The notes: generated by a model not told the origin, from the letters alone. A stretch of 64,000 nt of DNA from Comamonadaceae bacterium (GCA_013823485.1 PNMF01000001.1:26693-90692); one strand, 5' to 3'; shown: positions 27,672-37,418, counted from the first letter of the stretch. Translations and numbers: made by a program.

Positions 27672-28694
27672 ATGTTCCGCACCGCCATCGCCGGGAGCCT
27701 GCCCAAACCCCACTGGCTCGCCGAGACCGAGAAACTCTGGCCGCAATGGAAGACCCAGGGCCCCGAACTGCTGCAGGCCAAGGCCGATGCCACCCTGCTC
27801 TGGATCAAGGCCCAGGAAGACGCCGGGCTGGATGTCATCGGTGACGGCGAGCAGGCGCGCCAGCACTTCGTGCACGGCTTTGTCGAACAGGTCGAGGGCA
27901 TCGACTTCGAGAACAAGGTCAAGATGGGCATCCGCAACAACCGCTACGACGCCATGGTCCCGCAGGTGGTGGCCCCGCTGCGCCTGAAGGGCCGCGTGCA
28001 CGCCTTCGAAGCGCAGCTAGCCCGCAAGCACACCAGCAAGAAGCTCAAGTTCACCCTGCCCGGGCCCATGACCATCGTCGACACCGTGGCCGACCGCTTC
28101 TACGGTGACAAGGTCAAGATGGCCATGGCCTTCGCGGAGCTGCTGAACCAGGAAGCCCTGGCCCTGCAGGCCGACGGCGTGGACATCATCCAGTTCGACG
28201 AACCGGCCTTCAACGTCTACATGGAAGAAGCCACCGACTGGGGCGTCAAGGCCCTGGAACGCGCCGCACAGGGCCTCACCTGCACCACCGCCGTGCACAT
28301 CTGCTACGGCTACGGCATCGAGGCCAACGTGAAATGGAAAGAGACCCTGGGTGACCAGTGGCGCCAGTACGAGAAGGTGTTCCCCGCACTCGCCGCCAGC
28401 AGCATCCAGCAGGTCAGCCTGGAGTGCTTCCATTCGCACGTGCCGCCCGAGCTGATGGCGCTGCTGGAAGGCAAGGACGTCATGGTCGGCGTGATCGACG
28501 TGGCCAGCAACGAGATCGAGACCCCGGAGCAGATCGCCGACACCATCGGCCTGGCCCTGAAGTACGTGCCGCGCGAACGGCTGATCGCCTGCACCAACTG
28601 CGGCCTGGCCCCCATGAGCCGCGAAGTGGCCATGGCCAAGCTGGAAGCGCTGGCCCAGGGCGCCGAGCTGGCGCGCCAGCGTTACGGCAGCTGA
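27672..28694 (+). CDS. core (catalytic-domain-only) cobalamin-independent methionine synthase, MesD-like
   Basis: AGSLPKP, DGEQ, LPGPMT, QFDEP; Zn ligands HICYG and TNCG; about 340 aa with no N-terminal folate-binding barrel. Confidence 0.85.
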   Translation: MFRTAIAGSLPKPHWLAETEKLWPQWKTQGPELLQAKADATLLWIKAQEDAGLDVIGDGEQARQHFVHGFVEQVEGIDFENKVKMGIRNNRYDAMVPQVVAPLRLKGRVHAFEAQLARKHTSKKLKFTLPGPMTIVDTVADRFYGDKVKMAMAFAELLNQEALALQADGVDIIQFDEPAFNVYMEEATDWGVKALERAAQGLTCTTAVHICYGYGIEANVKWKETLGDQWRQYEKVFPALAASSIQQVSLECFHSHVPPELMALLEGKDVMVGVIDVASNEIETPEQIADTIGLALKYVPRERLIACTNCGLAPMSREVAMAKLEALAQGAELARQRYGS

Positions 28695-28695
28695 C

Positions 28696-29889
28696 ATGGC
28701 GGCCCATCGGGAACTGCCACAGGGCGATCCGGCCGAGGTCGGGCTGTGCCCCGACCGCACCCGTGCGCTGGTGCAGGTGTTCCAGCGCGAGGTCGACCGG
28801 GGTCGCCTGCCCGGCGCGGTGCTGATGCTGGGCCGGCGCGGCCGGGTGGTGCTGCACGAGGCCGTGGGCCGGCTGGCCCCCGGTGGCCCGGCCATGACGC
28901 CGGACGCGCTGTTCCGCATCTACTCCATGACCAAGCCCATGGTGTCGGTGGCGGCCCTGATGCTGGTGGAGCAGGGGCGCCTGTCGCTGGCCGATCCGGT
29001 GGCCCGGCACCTGCCGGCCTTTGCCCATACCCCGGTGCTGCTGGAAACGCCGGAGGGCGTGCAGCTGCAGGCCCCGGTGCGTCCGCCCACCGTGCAGGAC
29101 CTGCTGCGCCACACCGCCGGCCTCACCTACGAATTCCTCGGTGCTTCCAAGGTTCAGCGCCTGTACGCCGAAGCGAACATCGGCTCGCGCCAGCGCAGCA
29201 ACGCCGAGTTTGCCGAGACGCTGGCCGCCATTCCGCTGTTCTGCCAGCCCGGCAGCCGCTGGGCCTACAGCCGTGCCACCGACGTGCTGGGCTGCGTGAT
29301 CGAGGCCGTCACCGGCCAGACGCTGGGGCGCCATCTGCAGCAGGTGCTGCTCGATCCGCTGGGCCTGCACGACACCGCCTTCGCGGTCCCGGCGGGCGAG
29401 CATGGCCGCATTGCCGAACCCTTCGCGCAGGACCCGGACGGCGGCATCAACATGCGGCTCTTTGATCCGCGCACCGCCCCCGCGCTGGAGAGCGGCGGCG
29501 GCGGGCTGGTGTCGACCGCACGCGACTACGCCCGTTTCCTGCAGTGCCTGGCCGGCGGGGGGGCGCTTGATGGTGTTCGCCTGCTCGGGCCGCAGACGCT
29601 GCGGTTTGCCATGGCCGACCACCTGGGGCACATCCGGGCCGAAGCGAACGATGCCCTGCTGCCCCCCGGCCACGGCTTCGGCCTGACCATGGCGGTGCGT
29701 ACCGCAGCCGGCGAAGCACTGATGCCCGGCTCGGTGGGCACCAACCACTGGAGCGGCATCGGCGGCACCAGCTTCTTCATCGACCCGGCCCTGGACACCT
29801 GGGGCATCTTCCTGGCCCAGGCGCCCAACCAGCGCGAGGAATACCGCCTGCTGTTCCGCACGCTGGCCTATGCGGCCCTGACCGACTGA
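28696..29889 (+). CDS. serine hydrolase, beta-lactamase/esterase family
   Basis: FRIYSMTK (SxxK), LLRHTAG, PGSRWAYS, SGGGGLVST, WSG. Confidence 0.9.
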   Translation: MAAHRELPQGDPAEVGLCPDRTRALVQVFQREVDRGRLPGAVLMLGRRGRVVLHEAVGRLAPGGPAMTPDALFRIYSMTKPMVSVAALMLVEQGRLSLADPVARHLPAFAHTPVLLETPEGVQLQAPVRPPTVQDLLRHTAGLTYEFLGASKVQRLYAEANIGSRQRSNAEFAETLAAIPLFCQPGSRWAYSRATDVLGCVIEAVTGQTLGRHLQQVLLDPLGLHDTAFAVPAGEHGRIAEPFAQDPDGGINMRLFDPRTAPALESGGGGLVSTARDYARFLQCLAGGGALDGVRLLGPQTLRFAMADHLGHIRAEANDALLPPGHGFGLTMAVRTAAGEALMPGSVGTNHWSGIGGTSFFIDPALDTWGIFLAQAPNQREEYRLLFRTLAYAALTD

Positions 29890-29907
29890 AGCGGGCGGCG
29901 GGCCGCC

Positions 29908-30336
29908 TCAGTCGGCGACGATCGGCCCCTGGGTGCCGGCGTCGGTGTCGCGCCACACGTCCTCGCCCACCAGGCGGCGGTCGCCCTGCACGGTGAACAT
30001 CACCGGCCCGCGGCGGAACACCAGCGCGCCGTCGCTGCGCCGGGCCTGGACTGGCTGGTCGTCCACCCAGACCCGCTCGTTGCCGTCGATGCGGATGCGG
30101 GCCACCGGGCGCCCGTCCTGGTGCCGGGCCAGCCAGCGCCCCGCGTACGGCGTGACGGGTTGCCCCGCCTTGAAGCCGGCGCGTTCGTTCTCGACCCGGC
30201 TGCGGCGGATGTCGCAACCCTGCAGCTCGCTCATCTGGGTGCAGCCGGCGCGTTCCAGCTGGCGCGCGTAATCCGGGTCGATGGCCTGGGCCGGGGCGGC
30301 CAGCAGTGCGAGCAGCAAGGGTGCGAGTGTTTTCAT
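29908..30336 (-). CDS. exported hypothetical protein
   Basis: Signal peptide MKTLAPLLLALLAAPAQA; Cys pair (GCTQMSELQGCD); 4-nt overlap with the upstream gene. Confidence 0.7.
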   Translation of the reverse strand: MKTLAPLLLALLAAPAQAIDPDYARQLERAGCTQMSELQGCDIRRSRVENERAGFKAGQPVTPYAGRWLARHQDGRPVARIRIDGNERVWVDDQPVQARRSDGALVFRRGPVMFTVQGDRRLVGEDVWRDTDAGTQGPIVAD

Positions 30337-30875
30337 GGCGGGCTCCAGCGGAAAAACATCGGGTAGACCTTCTCGACCACCGGGCCGTTGAAGTCCCAGG
30401 CCAGGCACTGGCCGAGGTGCGGCGGCGGACGCCCGTCGGCCGGCGGGGCGAACGAGGCGGAGCGGGTCTGGAAGGCGGCGGTGGCCAGGTTGAACAGCAA
30501 CTCGCGCAGGTGGGTGCAGCCCTGCACACCGCCCAGGTGACGCTGGATGGTCTGGCGCCAGCCCCGGCCCAGCGTCTCGCCCACCATGCGCTGCATCGGC
30601 GCCATCGCCTGCGGGCAGGGATCGTGCGGGTGGCTGTCCATGGCCACGTCGATGGCCCGGATCACCATGGCCTCGTCGAAGGTGACCCGCAGCCGCATGT
30701 GATGGATGGCCTCGTGGGGCTCCCAGCGGCCCTCTCCTTCGATTTCGAAGGCATGGGGCTTGCTGTCGTGCAGCTCGCCCTCGATGTCCCACAGGCCGTC
30801 TTCGCGGCGGAAGCCCTGGTAGGTGACGCGGCGGGTGTGCATGGGGGTGCGCGGGGCGGGTTCGGGCAAGGGCAA
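30333..30875 (-). CDS. DUF2889 family protein
   Basis: TTG start after GGAGAC; HTRRV..GFRREDGLWDIEG, HHM, GVQGCTHLRELL, CLAW. Confidence 0.8.
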   Translation of the reverse strand: MPLPEPAPRTPMHTRRVTYQGFRREDGLWDIEGELHDSKPHAFEIEGEGRWEPHEAIHHMRLRVTFDEAMVIRAIDVAMDSHPHDPCPQAMAPMQRMVGETLGRGWRQTIQRHLGGVQGCTHLRELLFNLATAAFQTRSASFAPPADGRPPPHLGQCLAWDFNGPVVEKVYPMFFRWSPP

Positions 30876-30971
30876 GGCAGGTCTCCGGAAAGCTGATGTC
30901 ACGATTGTCCGTGCAGTGCCGACAGGCGGCTGGCACACTGGCGTCCGACCCAAAATCCCCGGAGACAGGCC

Positions 30972-31511
30972 ATGGCGCACGACCACGATCATCACCCCCA
31001 CGACCACTCCCACGACGGCCACGACCACGACCACAGCCACGAGGACGCCGCGCCGGCCTGGAAGCACGACGGCGTGCGGGTGATCCCGGGCAACCAGCTG
31101 GATGGCAATGTGCCCTCCACTCCGGGCATGGACCGCAAGGCGGCCATCAATTTCGCCCGCGTGGGCGCCCAGAAGCTGTGGGCCGGCACCGTGACCATCC
31201 ACCCGGACGCCAAGACCGGCGCCCACCACCACGGGCCGCTGGAGAGCGTGATCTATGTGGTCAGGGGCCGCGCCCGCATGCGCTGGGGCGAGCGGCTGGA
31301 GTTCACCGCCGAGGCCGGCCCGGGCGACTTCATCTATGTGCCGCCGTATGTGCCGCACCAGGAGATCAATGCCAGCCCGACCGAGGTGCTGGAGTGCGTG
31401 CTGTGCCGCAGCGACGGCCAGGCGGTGGCGGTCAACCTGGACATCGAGCCGGTGGAAAAGCCGCAGACGGTGCTGTGGGTCGATCCCACCCACCCCACCG
31501 GCGGGGTCTGA
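30972..31511 (+). CDS. cupin-domain protein with His/Asp-rich N-terminus
   Basis: MAHDHDHHPHDHSHDGHDHDHSH; TGAHHHGPLES and GDFIYVPPYVPHQEIN cupin motifs. Confidence 0.88.
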   Translation: MAHDHDHHPHDHSHDGHDHDHSHEDAAPAWKHDGVRVIPGNQLDGNVPSTPGMDRKAAINFARVGAQKLWAGTVTIHPDAKTGAHHHGPLESVIYVVRGRARMRWGERLEFTAEAGPGDFIYVPPYVPHQEINASPTEVLECVLCRSDGQAVAVNLDIEPVEKPQTVLWVDPTHPTGGV

Positions 31512-31532
31512 TCACGCGGCCCGGTCGAGGCT

Positions 31533-32273
31533 TCAGTCGCCCTGGAAGCCGCCGGCGCGGCAGGTGACCACCAGCGTGTCGCGCCAGCCGAAACCCTCCG
31601 GGTCCAGCGGCTGGATGGGGGTGCTCTCGTGGATGACGCGCGCATCGTCCAGCAGCAGCAGCGACCACGGCTCGCGCAGCGTGAAGCGCTGGCCGGCCGG
31701 GCCTTCGGCCTCGAACACCCGGCTTTCGCCGCCCTTGATGGCGTGCCGGCCCACGAGAAACACCGCGACCAGGTCCACGCCGTCGCGGTGGGCGCCCTCA
31801 GGCGTCGGGCGGCCGATGCCGTCGGTGGTGTCGATGCGGAACGGATGCGCCTCCACGAACCAGGGCCGGGCACCGCGCAAGTTGCTGGCGGCCTCGCCCA
31901 GCCGCTGCAGCAGGCGCTGCCACAGCGGTTGCGCCACCTGTTGCGGCTCCATGGGCTCGAACCAGCGCTGCATGCCGCCGTGCAGCGCGTTGTATTCCAG
32001 CGGCTGCCAGTGCGCCCGGTGCGGCACCTGGCGGACCTGCGGGCCGTCCACCACGAAGCAGCTGTGGCGGCGCTTGCGGTAGCGCCCGCCGTCCTTCAAG
32101 TAGGCGTCGGGCACCAGCCGGTCCCAGGGCGCGGTCAGGGCCTCGAAATCGGCCGGGTCGGCCTGCAGCCACTGCGCCACACCGGCGGCGTCCATCAGGG
32201 CAAATCCCTGCTGCTGCAGGGCATGGGCCATGTCGGCCGGGGACACGTACGGCGGCTTGAATTCCTGGGTCAT
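31533..32273 (-). CDS. 2OG-Fe(II) dioxygenase family protein (2OG-Fe_Oxy_2 type)
   Basis: YRKRRHS, YNALHGG, PTPEGAHRDG (HxD), IHESTP, RDTLV. Confidence 0.85.
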   Translation of the reverse strand: MTQEFKPPYVSPADMAHALQQQGFALMDAAGVAQWLQADPADFEALTAPWDRLVPDAYLKDGGRYRKRRHSCFVVDGPQVRQVPHRAHWQPLEYNALHGGMQRWFEPMEPQQVAQPLWQRLLQRLGEAASNLRGARPWFVEAHPFRIDTTDGIGRPTPEGAHRDGVDLVAVFLVGRHAIKGGESRVFEAEGPAGQRFTLREPWSLLLLDDARVIHESTPIQPLDPEGFGWRDTLVVTCRAGGFQGD

Positions 32274-32359
32274 GGGGCGGCAGTGTAGCCCCGGGAAATA
32301 CCGGTTGCCGCCACCCGGTGACGATGGCCCAATGTCTACCCGCCTTCACCGCACACACC

Positions 32360-33154
32360 ATGGCCGACACCCTGAACGAGCAAGCACCGGAACCCTCGGG
32401 CCGAGGCCCTTCGGTGTTCGACCTGAAGCTGGCCGACCTGCGCGCCGCCGACCCGCTGCGCTGGCTGGCCGCCGGCTGGCGCGACTTCATCCGCTGCCCG
32501 CGCATCGGCCTGTTCTATGGCCTGTGCTTCTTCCTGATGGGCCATGCGCTGCTGGCGGTGTTCCGCTCGGCACCGGCCTATGTGCTGGCACTCTCGGCCG
32601 GCTTCCTGCTGATGGGTCCCTTCCTGTGCCTGGGCCTGTACGACGCGAGCCGGGCGCTGGAACAGGGCCGCCGGCCCTCGCTGCGCGCCTCGCTGATGGC
32701 CTGGCGGCCGATGCTGGGCACCATGGCCATCTTTGCCGGCGTGCTGCTCATTCTGGAAATGTTGTGGGGCCGGGCATCGCTGGTGGTGTTTGCGGTCACC
32801 TTCAACACCATGCCCGATGCGGCCCACCTGCTGCAGCAGCTGTTCAGCCGCGAGAACATCGAGTTCCTGATCACCTACACGCTGGTGGGCGGGCTGTTCG
32901 CCGGGCTGATCTTCATCACCAGCGCCATCAGCATCCCCATGATCCTGGACCGGCAGTCCGATGCGGTGTCGTCCGGTCTGACCAGCATCCGCGCCAGCCT
33001 GCAGAACCCGGGTGTGATGCTGTGGTGGGGCGCGCTCATCACGCTGCTGGTCGGGCTGGCCATGCTGCCCTGGTTCGCCGGCCTGTTCGTGGCCGGCCCG
33101 GTGGTGGGCCATGCCACCTGGCACGCCTACCGGCAGATCGTGCCGGCGGCCTGA
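32360..33154 (+). CDS. DUF2189 family membrane protein
   Basis: PLRWLAAGWRDF, GFLLMGPFLCLGLY..SR, PVVGHATWHAYR. Confidence 0.85.
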   Translation: MADTLNEQAPEPSGRGPSVFDLKLADLRAADPLRWLAAGWRDFIRCPRIGLFYGLCFFLMGHALLAVFRSAPAYVLALSAGFLLMGPFLCLGLYDASRALEQGRRPSLRASLMAWRPMLGTMAIFAGVLLILEMLWGRASLVVFAVTFNTMPDAAHLLQQLFSRENIEFLITYTLVGGLFAGLIFITSAISIPMILDRQSDAVSSGLTSIRASLQNPGVMLWWGALITLLVGLAMLPWFAGLFVAGPVVGHATWHAYRQIVPAA

Positions 33155-33169
33155 CCGGGGCCCTTGGCG

Positions 33170-34165
33170 TCAGGCGTTCACGTCCACCACCAGCCGGCCG
33201 CGCACCTGGCCGGCCAGGATGTCGTGCCCGGCCTGCACCGCCTCGGCCAGTGAAATGGCGCGGGTCATGGCGGCCAGTTTCGGCCGGTCGATCAGGCGGT
33301 CCAGTGCGGCCCACGCGGCCTCGCGCCGGGCCATGGGCGCCATGACGCTGTCGATGCCGAACAGCGTGACGCCGCGCAGGATGAAGGGGGCCACGCTGGC
33401 CGGCAGGTCCATGCCCTGGGCCAGGCCGCAGGCCGCCACCGCCCCGCCGTAGCGGGTGCTGGCGCAGGCATTCGCCAGGGTGTGGCTGCCCACCGAATCC
33501 ACCACGCCGATCCAGCGCTCCTTCTGCAGCGGCTTGCCCGGGGCCGAGAGGGTGGCGCGGTCGATGACGTCGGCCGCACCCAGCGAACGCAGGTAGTCGG
33601 CCTCGGCCGGGCGGCCGGTGGAGGCCACCACGGTGTGGCCCAGCGCGGCCAGCAGCGCGATGGCCACGCTGCCCACGCCACCGCCGGCACCGGTCACCAG
33701 CACCTCGCCGCTGCCGGCGGCCACGCCGCGCGCGGCCCAGTGGTCCTGCAGGGCCTGCACGCACAGCATGGCGGTGTAGCCGGCGGTGCCGATGGCCATG
33801 GCGTCGCGTTCGCTGAAGCCGGCCGGCAGGGCCACCAGCCAGTCGCCCTTGACGCGGGCCTTCTGCGCCAGCCCGCCGGGGTGCGTCTCGCCCACGCCCC
33901 AGCCGTTGAGCACCACCCGGTCACCGGGCTTGAAGCGCGGGTGCTGGCTGTCGGTCACGGTGCCGGCGAAATCGATGCCCGGCACCATGGGGAACTTGCG
34001 CACCACCGGCGAACGGCCGGTGATGGCCAGGCCGTCTTTGTAGTTGATGGTCGACCAGGCCACCTGCACCGTCACGTCGCCCTCGGGCAGGCTGGATTCG
34101 TCGAGCTCGGTGAGGTCGCAGCGGTAGCCGCTCTCGGGCTGGGTGATCTGCAGGGCTTTGAACAT
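33170..34165 (-). CDS. acuI: YhdH/AcuI-family MDR oxidoreductase (acrylyl-CoA reductase-like)
   Basis: [49 protein letters not shown]. Confidence 0.85.
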   Translation of the reverse strand: MFKALQITQPESGYRCDLTELDESSLPEGDVTVQVAWSTINYKDGLAITGRSPVVRKFPMVPGIDFAGTVTDSQHPRFKPGDRVVLNGWGVGETHPGGLAQKARVKGDWLVALPAGFSERDAMAIGTAGYTAMLCVQALQDHWAARGVAAGSGEVLVTGAGGGVGSVAIALLAALGHTVVASTGRPAEADYLRSLGAADVIDRATLSAPGKPLQKERWIGVVDSVGSHTLANACASTRYGGAVAACGLAQGMDLPASVAPFILRGVTLFGIDSVMAPMARREAAWAALDRLIDRPKLAAMTRAISLAEAVQAGHDILAGQVRGRLVVDVNA

Positions 34166-34183
34166 GCGTGTCTCCGGGGGTGG

Positions 34184-34423
34184 TCAGGGTTGATCGTCGG
34201 TGCGCTCGGGCGGGTCGTTCCAGAGCCGCCAGGTCAGCCAGGCACCGATCAGGCTGTTGGTCAGGGCCAGCAGGCCCACAGCGAGGGCCAGGCCGGTCGG
34301 CGGCTGCCGGGTCTGGATGAAGAAGCTCATGAAGGACGCCAGGGCGTTGAAGCCGAACGCGAGCCAGAACAGCGGCTTGCGCGGTTGCCACAGGCGCCGG
34401 AAGGCGTCGGTGAAGAAGTTCAT
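34184..34423 (-). CDS. small membrane hypothetical protein
   Basis: 79 aa with two hydrophobic segments; fills the gap between co-oriented genes. Confidence 0.6.
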   Translation of the reverse strand: MNFFTDAFRRLWQPRKPLFWLAFGFNALASFMSFFIQTRQPPTGLALAVGLLALTNSLIGAWLTWRLWNDPPERTDDQP

Positions 34424-34427
34424 CCCG

Positions 34428-36134
34428 TCATTGTGGCGCCGCAGCCTTCTCCTGCTCCTGCAGCAGGCGCCACATCACCTTGCCGCTGCCGCTCTTGGGC
34501 AGGGCCGGCACGAACTGCACGCTCTTCGGGCATTTGTAGACCGCCATGTGTTCGCGGCACCAATCCAGGATGTCCTGCTCGCTCACGCCCTGCGCGTCCT
34601 GCCGCAGCACCACCACCGCCTTCACGCTCTCGCCCCGGTAGCTGTCGCGGGTGGCGATGACGCAGGCCTCGGCGATGGCCGGGTGGCGGAACATGAGCGC
34701 CTCGACCTCGGCCGGCCAGACCTTGAAGCCGCTGGCATTGATCATGCGTTTGAGCCGGTCGGTGATGAAGAAGTAGCCGTCTTCGTCGACCCGACCCAGG
34801 TCGCCGGAGCGGAAGAAGCGCTTGCCCTCGAAGGTGATGAAGGCCGCCTCGGTGGCTTCCGGGCGTTTCCAGTAGCCGTCGAACACCTCGGGGCCGTGGA
34901 TGATGATCTCGCCCGCCTCGCCCTGCGGCATTTCCTGCAGCGTCTCGGGGTCGATCACGCGGGCGTCGGTGCTCATGAACGGGATGCCCAGGCACTGCTG
35001 CCGGGGCGCATCGGGCGGGTTGCTGTGCGAGGGCGCGGCGGTCTCGGTCAGGCCATAACCTTCGGAGTAGCGCAGGCCGAACTGGTCGAACAGGCGCTGG
35101 GCCACCGCCGCCGGCATGGCCGCGCCGCCACCGCCGATATAGACCAGGCTGGAGAGGTCGTACTGGCTGAAGTTCGGGCTGGCCAGCAGGTCGATCACCA
35201 TGGTGGGGATGTTGGTCCAGCTGGTCACCCGCCAGCGCGAAATGAGGCGACCGGCCAGCTCGCGGTCCCAGCGCGGCATCAGCACCACGGTGGCGCCGCC
35301 ATACAGGCAGGCGTGCATGCCGGTCACCATGCCGGTGATGTGAAACAGCGGCACCACCACCAGCGCCACCGTCTCGGGCGAGGCATTGCCCCACAGCGTG
35401 CTGGCCACCGCGTTGTGCATGAGGGTGCGGTGCGGGTGCATGCAGCCCTTGGGCAGGCCGGTGGTGCCGCTGGTGTAGGGCAGCACCGCCAGGTCGTCCG
35501 GGCGGCGGTTGTGGACCGGCAGCGGGTCGGCACAGGCCAGCGCCTGCGACCAGTCGGTCACGGTGCCCCGGGTCAGCGTCGGCGGCGCATGGCGGCTGCC
35601 CAGCCACTCCTGCCAGGCGGGCGGCACGTCGGCCTGCGGCCCCATGGCGTCGGCATAGTGGCTCACCACCATGTGCTGCAGGCGGTCGGTCTCGGGCAGG
35701 GCGGCGTCGGCCCGGGCCAGCTCGGGGGCCAGGTCGGCGGCGCAGATCGCGACCCGTGCGTCCGGGTCGGTGATGTAGTGCTGCAGCTCGTCGGCCTTGT
35801 TCATGGGGTTGACCGGCACCACCACCGCATTGGCCCGCAGGATGGCGAAATGCGCCACCACCCACTGCGGACAGTTCTGCATGTAAAGGATGACCCGGTC
35901 GCCGTCCTGCACGCCGACGGCCCGCAGGTGGGCGGCCAGCCGCTCGGCCTGCTGCTGCAGGTCGGCGTAGGTGGTGCTGCGGTCGAAGAAGACCAGCGCC
36001 GGCTTGTCGGGGTAGCGCAGCGCGCTCACCTCCAGGTTGGTCCACAGGGAGGTGGCCGGGGGTCTCAGGCTGTGCGGCAGGCGCTTGGGCCATACGCGGT
36101 GGTGGGCGCGGGTGGGCTGGGGGGCGGTGCTCAT
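34428..36134 (-). CDS. long-chain-fatty-acid--CoA ligase (ANL family)
   Basis: YTSGTTGLPKG, EGYGLTE, SGDLG, DRLKRMI, LPKSGSGK; AGGAG RBS before the ATG at 36134. Confidence 0.92.
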   Translation of the reverse strand: MSTAPQPTRAHHRVWPKRLPHSLRPPATSLWTNLEVSALRYPDKPALVFFDRSTTYADLQQQAERLAAHLRAVGVQDGDRVILYMQNCPQWVVAHFAILRANAVVVPVNPMNKADELQHYITDPDARVAICAADLAPELARADAALPETDRLQHMVVSHYADAMGPQADVPPAWQEWLGSRHAPPTLTRGTVTDWSQALACADPLPVHNRRPDDLAVLPYTSGTTGLPKGCMHPHRTLMHNAVASTLWGNASPETVALVVVPLFHITGMVTGMHACLYGGATVVLMPRWDRELAGRLISRWRVTSWTNIPTMVIDLLASPNFSQYDLSSLVYIGGGGAAMPAAVAQRLFDQFGLRYSEGYGLTETAAPSHSNPPDAPRQQCLGIPFMSTDARVIDPETLQEMPQGEAGEIIIHGPEVFDGYWKRPEATEAAFITFEGKRFFRSGDLGRVDEDGYFFITDRLKRMINASGFKVWPAEVEALMFRHPAIAEACVIATRDSYRGESVKAVVVLRQDAQGVSEQDILDWCREHMAVYKCPKSVQFVPALPKSGSGKVMWRLLQEQEKAAAPQ

Positions 36135-36237
36135 GCGCGGTCTCCTGCTGTCGTTGTCGTGGGGCCGCGGGGCGGCCTTCTCCAGCATACGGCGACCCGT
36201 ATCCGACCGCATCCGGCGCGTGTCACGGTCGGGACCG

Positions 36238-36253
36238 TGGCATGGAAACTGCA
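36238..36253 (+). promoter_or_regulatory. putative sigma54 (-24/-12) promoter for gltIJKL
   Basis: TGGCAT-GGAAA-CTGCA matches TGGCAC-N5-TTGCW with invariant GG and GC correctly spaced; about 200 nt upstream of gltI. Confidence 0.6.
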
Positions 36254-36451
36254 TGGGAAGACCAGCGGAACCGACACCACACGGATGGTTTCATACGCGT
36301 TTTGCATACCGGATCAAGGAAACCCCCGCCCGCAAGGCGCGGGCGCCGCACTATAGTCGCGGTCGGTTTCCACCCATCAGGTGGCATGACCGGGGTTGTC
36401 CGGGCCCCCATCCCTGCCCGGCTTTCGTTTCGATCACACGACGGAGAACTC

Positions 36452-37351
36452 ATGAAAAAACACGTACTCACCCTCGCGCTGGCCCTGGCGGCCACCGGCG
36501 CCATGGCCCAGGCCAATGACACGCTGGCCAAGATCAAGGCTTCCGGTACCGCCACCATGGGCGTGCGCGATTCGTCCGGGGCCCTGTCCTACACCCTGGG
36601 CGATGGCAAGTACGCCGGCTACCACGTGGAAATCTGCCAGCGCGTGCTGGCCGATGTGCAGAAACAGCTGGCCCTGCCCAAGCTGGAAGTGAAGTACCTG
36701 TCGGTCACCTCCCAGAACCGCATCCCGCTGGTGCAGAACGGCACCGTGGACATCGAGTGCGGCTCCACCACCAACAACCTGGCCCGCCAGCGCGATGTGG
36801 CCTTTGCCGTGACCACTTATGTCGAGGAAGTGCGGATCGCCACCAAGGCCGCATCGGGCATCACCAGCATCGCCCAGCTCAACGGCAAGAAGGTCGCCAC
36901 CACCACCGGCACCACCTCGGTGCAGCTGCTGCGCAAGCACGAGCGCGGCGCCGGTGTGAACTTCGAGGAAGTGTTCGGCAAGGACCACGCCGAGAGCTTC
37001 CTGCTGCTGGAATCCGGCCGTGCCGACGCCTTCGTGATGGACGGCCAGATCCTGGCCGGCAACATCGCCAAGTCCAAGGCCCCTGGCGACTTCCGGATCG
37101 TGGGTGAAGTGCTGTCGGTCGAGCCGATCGCCATCATGATCCGCAAGGACGACCCGGCCTTCAAGAAAGCCGTGGACGACAGCATCAAGGCCATGATGAA
37201 GTCGGGCGAGATCGCCAAGCTCTACGACAAGTGGTTCGTGCAGCCGATCCCGCCGTCCAACACCCGCGTGGGCCTGCCCGCCACCGAAGCCACCAAGGCC
37301 GTCTGGGCCACCCCCAACGACAAGCCGGTGGAAGAGTACGCCAAGAAGTGA
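36452..37351 (+). CDS. gltI: glutamate/aspartate ABC transporter substrate-binding protein
   Basis: Signal peptide; VTSQNRIPLVQNGTVDIECGSTTNN, TTGTTS, GKDHAESF, AFVMD. Confidence 0.9.
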   Translation: MKKHVLTLALALAATGAMAQANDTLAKIKASGTATMGVRDSSGALSYTLGDGKYAGYHVEICQRVLADVQKQLALPKLEVKYLSVTSQNRIPLVQNGTVDIECGSTTNNLARQRDVAFAVTTYVEEVRIATKAASGITSIAQLNGKKVATTTGTTSVQLLRKHERGAGVNFEEVFGKDHAESFLLLESGRADAFVMDGQILAGNIAKSKAPGDFRIVGEVLSVEPIAIMIRKDDPAFKKAVDDSIKAMMKSGEIAKLYDKWFVQPIPPSNTRVGLPATEATKAVWATPNDKPVEEYAKK

Positions 37352-37380
37352 TGGCGGCCTGATCAGGCCCGCCTGAACGG

Positions 37381-37418
37381 AACCCCGCAGCGAGACCCGC
37401 CTGCGGGGTTTCTGCTTT
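37381..37418 (+). terminator. intra-operon hairpin after gltI (terminator or mRNA stabiliser)
   Basis: AACCCCGCAG-N10-CTGCGGGGTT followed by TCTGCTTT. Confidence 0.6.

Noticed and set aside
28696-29889. Beta-lactamase resistance gene
   Set aside because: SxxK family member with no signal peptide and esterase-type LLxHxxG and WSG motifs; resistance is not supported.
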